Shown here: piece by piece, positions 44,558-53,376 of the stretch
Layout: every line of letters begins with the position of its first letter
How positions within the stretch are numbered: the first letter of the stretch is position 1
Virus record (IMG/VR): IMGVR_UViG_3300045988_132434
Span: 25,638-89,637 of that record
DNA from: a virus
DNA: 64,000 bases
Direction: 5' to 3' (one strand)
Made by a program: the position numbers and the translations under genes
Notes under the pieces: generated by a model
Told to the model about the DNA's origin: nothing
Seen by the model: the letters and a program-made list of their open reading frames with translations, nothing else
Databases searched by the model: none

Positions 44558-45640
44558 TTATTCTGTGGTTTCACCAAGTTCCTCGATGGCTTTGGTGAGG
44601 ATGGCTTCATAGCCAGTCATTTCGTCTTCCGACACAATGTCGCTGAAATCGTGACGCAAGCGGTCGATGCGCTCTTTCAGTCCATTGACGCGAGTCTTGG
44701 TGTTGGCCTTGTCCTTACGCATGATGTATTTGATGAGTGCATCGGCTTCGGCTTTGTGTTTGGCCTGGCGGTCACGCTCGGCTTTCACTTCTGGGCGGTC
44801 GGCAGCAATCTTCGCGGCTACGGTCTCGGCAAAGAGTGGGTCGCGAGCAAGAGCCTTTTCGTAGAACGGCTTGAACTGGGTGCGCAGATCCTGTGGTGCG
44901 ATGCTGAATGTCTTGCTGATATAGGCAATATATTCAGGGTCGCCGGTCTTCTGCGAGAGTCGCAGATATGCCTCGCCCATTTCGCGGTCAACAGCCATGT
45001 AGATGTCGGGCAGTATCTTGCTCTCAATCTCGGTGGCACGGGTGGCGAGGTCGGCAATCTCATTTTCGGTATAGATGGCTGTCTGCCCCTGTTCCACAGC
45101 TTTCTCGTTGGCTTCTGCCATTGTCTTGGCCTGTTCAGCCTTTGATGCCATTTCATTGCGGAGGTCGCGCACGCTGTTCACCTGCTCCTGCAGTTCTGCC
45201 GAGAGGAAGTGACGGATCTGTTTCAGATTGGGCATGGTAGCAGCAATGCTTTCTCCGTTAGGGTCTGCCACGATACCATTGTAGGTGAGAGGCTGGAGGG
45301 TTACGTCGGGTTTGATTTCGGGAAACAGCGATTTTTTAGCTTCCTCAAGAGCCTTCTGTTTCTGTTCCTCGTTGTACGCCTCCTGTGCTTCCTTGGTAGG
45401 TCTGCCCACTTTGCGCTTCTGCGGTGAGGCAGTGGCTTTTGTTTCCATCGTCTGCAGGTAGGTGATCATCTGGCGCACACGACGGTGGTAATCGCGGAAG
45501 CGTCGGCTGTCGCTGACGAAGGATTTTGCACGTGGGTTACTTTCCAACAACGACAGTCCTTCCTCGAAAGCCTGTCGCTGTTCGTCGGTCAGCATGCGTG
45601 CCGAGATCGCCGGTGTTAATGTTTGAATAATTTTCTCCAT
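44558..45640 (-). CDS. coiled-coil rich structural-module protein
   Basis: 360 aa with long A/E/K/Q-rich helical stretches. Confidence 0.4.
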   Translation of the reverse strand: MEKIIQTLTPAISARMLTDEQRQAFEEGLSLLESNPRAKSFVSDSRRFRDYHRRVRQMITYLQTMETKATASPQKRKVGRPTKEAQEAYNEEQKQKALEEAKKSLFPEIKPDVTLQPLTYNGIVADPNGESIAATMPNLKQIRHFLSAELQEQVNSVRDLRNEMASKAEQAKTMAEANEKAVEQGQTAIYTENEIADLATRATEIESKILPDIYMAVDREMGEAYLRLSQKTGDPEYIAYISKTFSIAPQDLRTQFKPFYEKALARDPLFAETVAAKIAADRPEVKAERDRQAKHKAEADALIKYIMRKDKANTKTRVNGLKERIDRLRHDFSDIVSEDEMTGYEAILTKAIEELGETTE

Positions 45641-45688
45641 AATTCCTATTTGTTATGTTATTTATAAAATATAAACTAATAGCCTTGT

Positions 45689-46768
45689 TTAATACAACAG
45701 GGGCGATACGAATATCTTGCTGTCTGGCTGGTTGTTTTCGTAGCCTTTGCTTGCTGAGTCGGTGATGTTGGTTGAGGGAGCGGTGGCAGTGGAGGAAGAC
45801 TCGTTGCCAGCAGCGGTCTTCTGTGCCTGCTTCTCAGCCTTGAGGATGCGAAAGATGGAGTCGCGGAGCGAGATGGACTCGTTGTGCGCCATCTGTCGGG
45901 TAGCCTTGTCGAAGGCAATGACGGAGGTTCGCTCCACGAGGCATGCGGTCATCAGTCGGCGCACCTTACGAAGGAGTTTGTCGCGGTCGTCAGCAAGCTG
46001 AAGACGGGCGATGAGCTCGTCACCAAACACATCGGCTATGTATTCGTCCTGTACGTAGCGGAGGTCTGGCAACAGACAGATGAACTTGTCGCGGTTGCCG
46101 TAAACATTGAGGTATTCCTGAAGGATGCTGCACGTAGGGATGAGGAGGTCGTGGTGCAGGTAGTAGTACTTGCTTTCCTGCCACAACAGCACGATTTCCT
46201 CTATGGCTGTGTGGGCTTCGGTATTTTCGTCTTTTGGTTCTTCTGTACTGTCGTCCTTTGGTACTTCTGTACTTATGCTGCTGTCTGCCGAGTCAGCTGC
46301 TTCGGCTGGCGTGTTGATGCTGACGGACCAGTCTTCGAGAAGCATGAGTAGGTTGTTGAGCGATACCATGGCCTCTTTTTTATATCCCGCCACTCCCTTG
46401 TCGAGAAGTTTCTCTGTGGCGGGGTCGTAGTCGTTGGAGGAGGCGATATTGACACCTGCACCGTTGACCGAAAGAATCTGTTGATAGGCGTGTCGCGCCA
46501 TGGCATCGTTGACCACCATGCGCTGGGCGAGGCAGAGGAGGACGCTCCACGGCTTCTTGACATAGGTACCGTCGGTCTTCTGCTGATAGAAGTTGTCGCC
46601 GCCAAGGGTGGCGTAGTATTCGCAGAGCTTGGTATAGAGGGGCTTGCCCAATTTGTCTTGTAGAAAATCTTTCTCGCTGTTGTCGAGTATGCCTTGAAGA
46701 GAACTGATCTCGTCGATGGCGTTGCTGGGAATGTGGAGCCGAAGCTCCTTGGTTGTTGATAGTATCAT
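45689..46768 (-). CDS. hypothetical structural-module protein
   Basis: 359-aa ORF directly downstream of the portal gene. Confidence 0.4.
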   Translation of the reverse strand: MILSTTKELRLHIPSNAIDEISSLQGILDNSEKDFLQDKLGKPLYTKLCEYYATLGGDNFYQQKTDGTYVKKPWSVLLCLAQRMVVNDAMARHAYQQILSVNGAGVNIASSNDYDPATEKLLDKGVAGYKKEAMVSLNNLLMLLEDWSVSINTPAEAADSADSSISTEVPKDDSTEEPKDENTEAHTAIEEIVLLWQESKYYYLHHDLLIPTCSILQEYLNVYGNRDKFICLLPDLRYVQDEYIADVFGDELIARLQLADDRDKLLRKVRRLMTACLVERTSVIAFDKATRQMAHNESISLRDSIFRILKAEKQAQKTAAGNESSSTATAPSTNITDSASKGYENNQPDSKIFVSPLLY

Positions 46769-46795
46769 GTGCGTTGATATTTTAAGTTGAGACGT

Positions 46796-48529
46796 TTATT
46801 CCTGCTTCGCCACCCCCGTTTTCGAGTTATCCAGCGTAGTGAGCACTTCGCGGTCTATCTGCCACACCAGGTGCGAGTCCCACTTATTGAACTTGCTTAT
46901 CACCTCCAATGGTCGGAGCATGAGCTGCTGCAATGGGGCAAACTGTATCTGCTTTACAAGGAAACGCTCGCGGAGGTCGGTGCCGCCCGATGATGTAGCG
47001 TCGCCTGGGGTGTTGCCTATGAGCTTCGAGTCCAAGCCCATGGCGAAGAAGATAATGGAAGATATTTCCTGGAGCTCGGTCTTCTCGGCTTGCGCTTGCG
47101 AGTTGGCCTTGCTCTCAATCTCCACAATCTCCCATGCCTTGTGCTCCTTGCCGTCCAGTCCGGTGAACACGGCAGAGATGAGAGCCTGACCCGCGTTGTC
47201 GGGATTAGACAGCCAGCGGTTGACATCGGTGAACACCTCCTGCTGTATCTGCGCCATCGTCTTGCTCTTGTTCTCGCCCTGCTGCGTGTAGAGCTGCTTG
47301 AGGTATTCCTGGTGGATGTAGATTACGCGACCGATGATGTTCGAGTTGCGTTTGCGGGTAAGGCGGTCGTCAACGATGGTGAAGGCATACTCAAAGATGC
47401 TTCCGGCAAAGATGCTATGCCACATGGCATCGGCATAGTAAGGACCGCCGAAGTCGCGTGGCGACATGATGAAGCGTGTTGGGCGGTTCTTGCGGCTCAC
47501 CCGCTGCTGACGAGCCTCACGCACATGGCGGTTGAGGTCAGCTACGGCTGTGTCGGCTGCAAGATAAGGCACGGCAGCAATGCGACGGTCGGTTTCGGTG
47601 GGCGTCTGCGTAGAGTCGAGCCATTGGTTAGACATATAGGCATAGTTGATGCGATACTGACTGTCCATGCGCTCCAGTCGGGTGGTGAACACCGAGCGAG
47701 GCTTTATGCCCACAATCTTCGGGTTCCATTGTGACGTAGGCACGGGGCGACCTTCAGAGTCCAACTGGCGTTGATTAAGCTGCAACTCGCAGAAGCATTG
47801 CGACATGAGCGCCATATCGCCTGCCATTTCGAGGTAGGTCTTGTGGAGATCATTGTTCTCGATAAACTCTTGCATCTCCTTTTTGGTTCGCTTCCATTCT
47901 TCCAATGCAGCCTTGAGCGACTTCATCTCTTCGGAGTCGGCATCTTCGGATTTCGACTCTGACGTTTGGTTAACCGAACGTGACGTTTGGTTTTCCGATT
48001 CTGACATTTGCTTTTCCTTAGCCTTGAGGTCGGCTATCTGTCCGCGGAGCAGGGTGCCGGCAGAGGGGTAGGAGATAGACTTCTCGGTGATATTGCCACC
48101 GACATACTGCGTATAGTGATACTTGGCGCACGGACCACGGCCAACGAGTATCTTCTTCACAAAGTCAACTCCCGCTGCCGGAAAAGGCGACATCTTGGAG
48201 AGCAGATACACGAGGTTAGGCAGTCGGTTGCCCACGCCCCATTCCATGAAACCAAGCTCAGGTGTGCCTACACCCTGCGGCTTGGCTTTGTTCTCGCCAC
48301 CGCTTGAACCGAACACGGCAGAGATTTCGCGTCTTGCCGAATTGCCGTCTGCTCCGGTCATGGTAGCAGAAGACGTGAGCTTCTGGTGAACGTAATCGCC
48401 CCATGAACACACACTGCTGCCTCCCTGCTTGGGCGCACAGAACGCGCCAGGCAGAACGGCCTCGTAGCCTTGCGACTGAAGCTCCTCACTACGCTGTTGG
48501 AGCTCGCTGATGTTGCTAACTGTTGTCAT
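46796..48529 (-). CDS. portal protein (putative)
   Basis: About 577 aa from MTTVSNISEL. The size, the first position in an operon after a promoter/terminator pair, and the acidic/polar C-terminal region fit portals. No database check was done. Confidence 0.6.
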   Translation of the reverse strand: MTTVSNISELQQRSEELQSQGYEAVLPGAFCAPKQGGSSVCSWGDYVHQKLTSSATMTGADGNSARREISAVFGSSGGENKAKPQGVGTPELGFMEWGVGNRLPNLVYLLSKMSPFPAAGVDFVKKILVGRGPCAKYHYTQYVGGNITEKSISYPSAGTLLRGQIADLKAKEKQMSESENQTSRSVNQTSESKSEDADSEEMKSLKAALEEWKRTKKEMQEFIENNDLHKTYLEMAGDMALMSQCFCELQLNQRQLDSEGRPVPTSQWNPKIVGIKPRSVFTTRLERMDSQYRINYAYMSNQWLDSTQTPTETDRRIAAVPYLAADTAVADLNRHVREARQQRVSRKNRPTRFIMSPRDFGGPYYADAMWHSIFAGSIFEYAFTIVDDRLTRKRNSNIIGRVIYIHQEYLKQLYTQQGENKSKTMAQIQQEVFTDVNRWLSNPDNAGQALISAVFTGLDGKEHKAWEIVEIESKANSQAQAEKTELQEISSIIFFAMGLDSKLIGNTPGDATSSGGTDLRERFLVKQIQFAPLQQLMLRPLEVISKFNKWDSHLVWQIDREVLTTLDNSKTGVAKQE

Positions 48530-48565
48530 TGTGATGAATATGTGTTTTGTTGAATGTTTATAGCG

Positions 48566-48573
48566 CAAAGATA
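48566..48573 (-). promoter_or_regulatory. Bacteroidota -7 box (TATCTTTG on minus)
   Basis: Plus-strand CAAAGATA lies about 37 nt upstream of the ATG at 48529. Confidence 0.55.
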
Positions 48574-48640
48574 GGGAAAGACAGAGAGAAGGTGCGGACA
48601 TGGTTCATCCTCGGAGGTTTTCTTTTTATATCGGATGAAA

Positions 48641-48676
48641 AACAAAAAGCACTGCTATCCTCACGGACGACAGGAC
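48641..48676 (-). terminator. minus-strand terminator with a GTGA-capped hairpin
   Basis: Imperfect stem around TCC-GTGA-GGA, followed by TTTTTGTTTTT on the minus strand. Confidence 0.5.
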
Positions 48677-48746
48677 TTGACAAAAAATTACATTTCAGTG
48701 TTAGTTAACCATTCAGTCGTATATATATGATATGCGTTGTATCTGT

Positions 48747-49127
48747 TTACATAGCGTAGTTGCGCAGCTCGTTGGCAGGGCACAACTCGTAGATCTCTAC
48801 ATTGTCAATCACCATATCCTCGCCTTGAAACAGCGTGACGATAATCTTGCGGTTATTCGGGGCGGGGTGTACGCTGCGGATGTTGTTGTTGGAAATCCAT
48901 ACCGGGTAGTCGCTGTCCTGGGTATATACCACGAGATACCACGGTCCGGTCTTGTACAGCTCGAGGGCGGTAGTCAGATGAGTTGAAACGATAGACGAAA
49001 CCCTGTTGATAGCCTTCTCAATAAACTCCTCCTTGTGTTTCCGTCCGAACTTGTCGAGCCAAGTGGCAAAGAGGGAGAACAGCAGGAAGATGAGAACCAC
49101 GATGAGTGATGAAAAAATGATATTCAT
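48747..49127 (-). CDS. membrane-anchored protein (N-terminal TM)
   Basis: N-terminus MNIIFSSLIVVLIFLLFSLFATWL. Confidence 0.5.
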   Translation of the reverse strand: MNIIFSSLIVVLIFLLFSLFATWLDKFGRKHKEEFIEKAINRVSSIVSTHLTTALELYKTGPWYLVVYTQDSDYPVWISNNNIRSVHPAPNNRKIIVTLFQGEDMVIDNVEIYELCPANELRNYAM

Positions 49128-49146
49128 AATTGTTTTTGTTTAATTG

Positions 49147-49788
49147 TTATTGAAATGTTGCTTGTTGTTTCGTTATTGTTTCTTTCAAGGAATATTTGTA
49201 AGAGCCCAGTCCGTTATCTTCGCCCTTCTCAATCTTCCCGTCGAACCCGGCCTTTTGCAAGCTTTGCACGAAGGCGTTGTAGTCTCTATCTACGATATAC
49301 GGAGAAATGTTCTCTTCTTCAAAGACAACGAGGTGAGGATTACAGTCGAAATCGATGCGCAGGAGCTTGTTGTCAATAAAATCACGTAATTTAACTATAC
49401 CGCGAGGATCACTAACGTGAAGATTATACACACCACGTCCGCTAATCCAGAGGTAAGCATAGCAATATAGCCGTTCTTCTTCGGCATCGTATCGCTTGGC
49501 GCATACAATGGTGGTGTCAGAGTTGCGGATCGACGAGATTGCGTAAAAACGTCCGTCCTCGATATGGTTGAGCATATATTCGCGACGCTCTTTCGGAGTG
49601 AGGAGCACGGGCATGTCGTCAGAGTCGGTCTTCCGCTTCTCCTCGCTCTTTCGCTGACTTTTCTTAGCAAGACGTTCCTTGTGCATTATCCGCACACGCC
49701 AAACGACAAAGGCCATGAAGAACGTCCAGCCGAAGATGGCACCAAGAAAGAATGCCCAGCCTAAAAAAGTAGATATAAATGTGTTCAT
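49147..49788 (-). CDS. membrane-anchored protein (N-terminal TM)
   Basis: N-terminus MNTFISTFLGWAFFLGAIFGWTFFMAFVVW, followed by a basic stretch. Confidence 0.5.
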   Translation of the reverse strand: MNTFISTFLGWAFFLGAIFGWTFFMAFVVWRVRIMHKERLAKKSQRKSEEKRKTDSDDMPVLLTPKERREYMLNHIEDGRFYAISSIRNSDTTIVCAKRYDAEEERLYCYAYLWISGRGVYNLHVSDPRGIVKLRDFIDNKLLRIDFDCNPHLVVFEEENISPYIVDRDYNAFVQSLQKAGFDGKIEKGEDNGLGSYKYSLKETITKQQATFQ

Positions 49789-49875
49789 TGTTCTCTATAA
49801 ATTCGTAAAAAGTGAAGTTTCTCTGCTTTTCTGATTACAAATGTAGGAAGAATTATTCTATCTATGCGGACATGC

Positions 49876-50041
49876 TCACAGCTCCACCAATACCTTTATC
49901 TCTCTATCCCCCCCCTCCTTGCGTATGCAGCGTAGGCGATATTCCTTTTGCGGAATATACGCGGCGGCTCTGCTCAAACATGCGGTCGTAGGGCGGAGTC
50001 TGCATCATGCCGAGGACGAGGGTGTGTGTGGTGTCAGTCAT
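49876..50041 (-). CDS. TRD-like mini-ORF T14 (frame broken at a G8 tract)
   Basis: As given: MTDTTHTLVLGMMQTPPYDRMFEQSRRVYSAKGISPTLHTQGGGG, then a stop at 49904. Compare the M.HhaI TRD block RIYSTRGIAITLSAYGGG. With one G fewer the frame continues as DREIKVLVEL to 49876. Confidence 0.55.
49908..49915. repeat. homopolymer C8 (G8 on the coding strand)
   Basis: Counted in the sequence. Out of frame relative to the conserved C-terminal end of T14. Confidence 0.95.
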
Positions 50042-50093
50042 CGCCAGGCTTGATTTCTTCTGTTTTCATTGTTTCTATTGTTTTATGTTTGTT

Positions 50094-50261
50094 TTAACGA
50101 TTCAATAGTGACATTAGTTCCACTGCTTTTTCCTTGTCGGAAAAACCTTTGATGTTTACCCATTTGCCGAAGATACTGCCTCCGACATATTTCTGAACCA
50201 TCCAAACGGTCACGGGTATGCAACCGTTGTAGACTTCCATTGGAACAATTCTTAGCTTCAT
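50094..50261 (-). CDS. small hypothetical protein S2 (55 aa, not TRD-like)
   Basis: MKLRIVPMEVYNGCIPVTVWMVQKYVGG... Below the track cutoff. Confidence 0.4.
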   Translation of the reverse strand: MKLRIVPMEVYNGCIPVTVWMVQKYVGGSIFGKWVNIKGFSDKEKAVELMSLLNR

Positions 50262-50264
50262 ATC

Positions 50265-50450
50265 TTATTCAAATTTATATACTATATGCGGTGTGGTGTT
50301 GCCCAGTCCGTCGCGAGGGTCGGCAATACCTCTCCCGACCATTGTTGTCACGGCATTGGCTATCTGCTTGCGCGGTCGGCTCTTTACGAGACCCTTGCCG
50401 TCCTTGCCGCTGCGTACCCATCCGATGTAATACTTGTCAATCATATTCAT
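50265..50450 (-). CDS. TRD-like mini-ORF T13
   Basis: MNMIDKYYIGWVRSGKDGKGLVKSRPRKQIANAVTTMVGRGIADPRDGLGNTTPHIVYKFE. Confidence 0.45.
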   Translation of the reverse strand: MNMIDKYYIGWVRSGKDGKGLVKSRPRKQIANAVTTMVGRGIADPRDGLGNTTPHIVYKFE

Positions 50451-50454
50451 ACTC

Positions 50455-50628
50455 TTATAGTGGAATGAGGACGTTTGCCACATTTCCCGATATTATCGTG
50501 TATGCTATCCCCCCCACATTGTTTATTACCAATTCGCTCACTCCTCGCTTGTCGGGAGTGTCGCGATAGAAGCGGATGGTGTCGTCATCGCGCCACTTCA
50601 TCCTTATAAGGTCTTTACGGTTACTCAT
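50455..50628 (-). CDS. TRD-like mini-ORF T12 (G7 tract in frame)
   Basis: MSNRKDLIRMKWRDDDTIRFYRDTPDKRGVSELVINNVGGIAYTIISGNVANVLIPL. Confidence 0.45.
   Translation of the reverse strand: MSNRKDLIRMKWRDDDTIRFYRDTPDKRGVSELVINNVGGIAYTIISGNVANVLIPL
50509..50515. repeat. homopolymer C7
   Basis: Encodes V-G-G in T12. In frame. Confidence 0.95.
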
Positions 50629-50763
50629 ATTCTATCAATATTGCGGGTGCTTTGATTTTTGAACTTGTACCTTGTATGATATTGCCTGCTCCCTCCTTGT
50701 GATAATGCGTAAGAATGGTAGCACATACTTGGGGGGCGAATTTAAGATTTGCTGTCTAATCAT
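50621..50763 (-). CDS. TRD-like mini-ORF T11 (own ATG out of frame at a C6 tract)
   Basis: The conserved frame reads KFAPQVCATILTHYHKEGAGNIIQGTSSKIKAPAILIEYE. The ATG at 50763 joins this frame only if the coding-strand C tract is 7 rather than 6. The conserved frame is also contiguous with T10 through one TAG. Confidence 0.5.
50731..50736. repeat. homopolymer G6 (C6 on the coding strand)
   Basis: Counted. Separates the T11 ATG from the conserved frame. Confidence 0.95.
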
Positions 50764-50899
50764 ATTCTATCAATACAATGGTGTGCTGTCCGTGCTCATC
50801 GTAAAGTCCTGCCCATCCGTCGTAGCGTGCGGACAGGGCGGTGGAGTACCCCCGACGTGGGCAGAGGTGCGAGAGGCGTTGCACGAATGGGATTTTCAT
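50756..50899 (-). CDS. TRD-like mini-ORF T10
   Basis: MKIPFVQRLSHLCPRRGYSTALSARYDGWAGLYDEHGQHTIVLIEYD. Confidence 0.5.
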   Translation of the reverse strand: MKIPFVQRLSHLCPRRGYSTALSARYDGWAGLYDEHGQHTIVLIEYD

Positions 50900-51069
50900 T
50901 ACCAACAATCAGGATTAAGATCTCTACCATTAACACCTTCAATATCAATGGCGTTTTTGTAACTGTAAAAACAAACATCTACAATCTCGTCGTCATTGAC
51001 TGTTACTTCCAATTCGCCATGTTCTTTACGCAAAAGCTCAAGGCGGTTTATAAGTTCGTTTATATTCAT
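50899..51069 (-). CDS. small hypothetical protein S1 (56 aa, not TRD-like)
   Basis: MNINELINRLELLRKEHGELEVTVNDDEIVDVCFYSYKNAIDIEGVNGRDLNPDCW. Confidence 0.45.
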   Translation of the reverse strand: MNINELINRLELLRKEHGELEVTVNDDEIVDVCFYSYKNAIDIEGVNGRDLNPDCW

Positions 51070-51078
51070 GTTTTTTCT

Positions 51079-51231
51079 TTATAAATATTCAACATATACC
51101 ATATTATCCTTGCCTACTGACGTAAGCGTATTTGTAATGCCCAACACGTTTATCTCCATGCGCTGAATGTTGGGGCAATCGTCACCATTCAAAGGGCGGC
51201 CACGGAAGGCTGCAATTCTTATTCGTAACAT
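51079..51231 (-). CDS. TRD-like mini-ORF T9
   Basis: MLRIRIAAFRGRPLNGDDCPNIQRMEINVLGITNTLTSVGKDNMVYVEYL. It has the A-x-RGR ... Q-R-x-E ... (T/S)N(T/S)LT(S/T)V-x-KDN pattern that I recall from many phage C5-MTase TRDs. Confidence 0.6.
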   Translation of the reverse strand: MLRIRIAAFRGRPLNGDDCPNIQRMEINVLGITNTLTSVGKDNMVYVEYL

Positions 51232-51395
51232 ATTGCTATCAGATTGTCTGTAGTGAGAAACGTACCTATACATTGCATCATACGTCCCTGCCGCAGATGC
51301 CATTCCTTATCGCGAAAATCGTTAGTGCCAGTTCTGCGACGCACGGCTTTTGCGTGTTCGGTTCGAGCTTCGTGTATCAGATAAATGTTACGCAT
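51219..51395 (-). CDS. TRD-like mini-ORF T8
   Basis: MRNIYLIHEARTEHAKAVRRRTGTNDFRDKEWHLRQGRMMQCIGTFLTTDNLIAICYE. It overlaps T7 and T9 by a few codons. Confidence 0.5.
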   Translation of the reverse strand: MRNIYLIHEARTEHAKAVRRRTGTNDFRDKEWHLRQGRMMQCIGTFLTTDNLIAICYE

Positions 51396-51556
51396 AGGAG
51401 GTTGTCTTTTGTTACTGTGCTGATGGTGTTACTCCACGGCCATGGGCTGGGACGATGCAGTTTGTCTTGGTATTTGCCCCCCCGGTCGCCATGCTCGCGG
51501 CGGTAGGCTTTCGCCTCTTCGGTGCGGTAGTGGACGAGGATGGATTTGTCAATCAT
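51377..51556 (-). CDS. TRD-like mini-ORF T7 (G7 tract in frame)
   Basis: MIDKSILVHYRTEEAKAYRREHGDRGGKYQDKLHRPSPWPWSNTISTVTKDNLLCVTFI. Confidence 0.55.
   Translation of the reverse strand: MIDKSILVHYRTEEAKAYRREHGDRGGKYQDKLHRPSPWPWSNTISTVTKDNLLCVTFI
51477..51483. repeat. homopolymer C7
   Basis: Encodes R-G-G in T7. In frame. Confidence 0.95.
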
Positions 51557-51701
51557 ACTCTATGAGAATTTTTGGTTTATCCACATCGTGACCCTTACCC
51601 CCCCCGGCTATGCACAAGGCTATGCCGTGTGGCGACACGATGATGCCGTTCTGCGAGGGGCTGTAGGAGCCGAGGATGATGGGGCGATGGTTGTTATTCA
51701 T
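51549..51701 (-). CDS. TRD-like mini-ORF T6 (G8 tract in frame)
   Basis: MNNNHRPIILGSYSPSQNGIIVSPHGIALCIAGGGKGHDVDKPKILIEYD. Confidence 0.55.
   Translation of the reverse strand: MNNNHRPIILGSYSPSQNGIIVSPHGIALCIAGGGKGHDVDKPKILIEYD
51598..51605. repeat. homopolymer C8
   Basis: Encodes G-G-G in T6. In frame. Confidence 0.95.
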
Positions 51702-51840
51702 ATATCACGATTACGCCTGTGGCTTTGAAGTTGGCTCCGTCAAGCGAAAGGTCAAGCACATTCGCTGCTCCCATTTTGAAATATTGGGATTTGATAGTGC
51801 GCGATGTGCCGTCGGATTCGGTGTTGAAAGGGAGTGTCAT
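51694..51840 (-). CDS. TRD-like mini-ORF T5
   Basis: MTLPFNTESDGTSRTIKSQYFKMGAANVLDLSLDGANFKATGVIVIYE. Confidence 0.45.
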   Translation of the reverse strand: MTLPFNTESDGTSRTIKSQYFKMGAANVLDLSLDGANFKATGVIVIYE

Positions 51841-52027
51841 AATTCTACTGCTACAAAGAACACGTCGCTGCAATCAGTGCGCGACATGATGGTTATTGCT
51901 ATGCCGTGAAATGCTCCGTTGAAACGTTCTGCGCTGAACATCGAGGCAGGGCAGGTGAGCAACCTACCCCCCCAATCATATCAGCTATGATGCGGATTAC
52001 ACGGTCGGGCGGATTGTCAGTTTTCAT
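51837..52027 (-). CDS. TRD-like mini-ORF T4 (frame broken at a G7 tract)
   Basis: The ATG overlaps the MTase stop (ATGA). As given it reads MKTDNPPDRVIRIIADMIGGVGCSPALP... with a stop at 51899. With one extra G it reads ...MIGGGRLLTCPASMFSAERFNGAFHGIAITIMSRTDCSDVFFVAVEL and ends at 51837 in an ATGA overlap with T5. Confidence 0.5.
51967..51973. repeat. homopolymer C7
   Basis: Out of frame relative to the conserved downstream part of T4. Confidence 0.95.
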
Positions 52028-53364
52028 TCTTTCTTCCTCTCCATATTCTCCTTGAACAATTCCTCGAAACCTTCGCAAGGGAATGTATGATACTCGCTGA
52101 AACTTGCGAAATCACTGTTCAATACGTCTCGCTCGTTCTCTATACAATTTTTCAGTTCGTCCAATTCTCTTTCCCATCCGTTGAGAGCGTTCATGCGTAA
52201 CGTGAGCCACGTCTTGAGGAACATCGCTGCCTCGTGTGTCGGTGGCAGGTCGAATTGAATGAATAGGGCGCTGTCAGAGTCGTTCGCCTTGAGGAACTTA
52301 CTAACGGCATCGTCTTTGAGGAAATAGCGGTCGGCTACTTCTTCTTCCAGTACATCCTCCAGTCGGGTCTTCAGTTCGAAGGGAGCGGGAAATTTATAGT
52401 CGAAGGCCACGTCACGGCGCATGGATATGCAGAACACGCGGTCGCGGTTCTGCGGCACACCGTAGTTCTTGGCGTTAAGGCGAGCCCAACGTGAGACGTA
52501 GCCGAGCGAGGAGAGCTTGTCGAGCCACTTCTGGAAGTCGGGCATGAACTTCTTGCTTACCAATGCCGCCACGTTCTCCTGCAAGAGATATTTCGGGCGC
52601 AACACCTCCACGGCATCTGCCACACGCCAAAGCAGTGCGCTTCGGGTGTTGCTGCCCTCCTGCAAGCCCATCTGCTTGCCAGCTTGCGATATGTCCTGAC
52701 AGGGCGAGGAGTAGGTGAAGAGGTCAACCTCGCGCCCTTCAAGCGAGCGTTTTACCTTGTGCCAGTCAATCTTGGTGATGTCGCCAAGAGCACAGTCGGC
52801 AAACTGCGGAAATACGAGATTGTGCATCTGGCAGGCGTATTTGTCAATGTCGCTCCATCCCTTGCACGTCCATCGGAAGCCGGGATGCCACTCCTTCAGC
52901 ACGTCGGCTGCCATAAGTTGCGAGTCGTAGCCGGAGAACGTGGTCAGAAAAATCTTTTCTTTACCAGAATCGTCTAAGTTCTTCGGCATATCGGGCAGAT
53001 AGTCGCCGATGTCGGTGAAGAGTGAGAGTTGCTTATACTTGCGTTTATTCGGCTGCGGATAGAACAGTGACTCGTAGATGTGAGCCAACACGTCCACCAC
53101 GATTGAGTTTCCTGCCTGCTTGTATTGCTGTGAGGCAGAAATCAGCATCACGTAATGCTTGTTCGGGATCTTGTTAAACAGTTTTTTGAAAAAACATTTG
53201 CCCAAAACGCTCTTTATGCGTTCTTTGGCCGATGCCACCGTCATTTGCATAATGGCAATTACGTTGTCGCGAACGCCCATCAGTCGGAAACACTCTTTTG
53301 GTGTGAGCTTGCGGATGGCATAACTCTTGATGGTACGGTCGGTGAAATTTAGTTTTGTGATCAT
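52024..53364 (-). CDS. cytosine-5 DNA methyltransferase core, circularly permuted (IX-X-I-IV-VI-VIII)
   Basis: Motif order along the protein: RKLTPKECFRLMG (IX, aa 18-30), QAGNSIVV (X, about aa 83), TTFSGYDS (I, about aa 141), SSPCQDIS (IV), LLQENV (VI), VPQNRDRVF (VIII). A helical ~110-aa tail follows, with no recognisable TRD. Confidence 0.85.
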   Translation of the reverse strand: MITKLNFTDRTIKSYAIRKLTPKECFRLMGVRDNVIAIMQMTVASAKERIKSVLGKCFFKKLFNKIPNKHYVMLISASQQYKQAGNSIVVDVLAHIYESLFYPQPNKRKYKQLSLFTDIGDYLPDMPKNLDDSGKEKIFLTTFSGYDSQLMAADVLKEWHPGFRWTCKGWSDIDKYACQMHNLVFPQFADCALGDITKIDWHKVKRSLEGREVDLFTYSSPCQDISQAGKQMGLQEGSNTRSALLWRVADAVEVLRPKYLLQENVAALVSKKFMPDFQKWLDKLSSLGYVSRWARLNAKNYGVPQNRDRVFCISMRRDVAFDYKFPAPFELKTRLEDVLEEEVADRYFLKDDAVSKFLKANDSDSALFIQFDLPPTHEAAMFLKTWLTLRMNALNGWERELDELKNCIENERDVLNSDFASFSEYHTFPCEGFEELFKENMERKKE

Positions 53365-53376
53365 ATTGTCTTTGCT

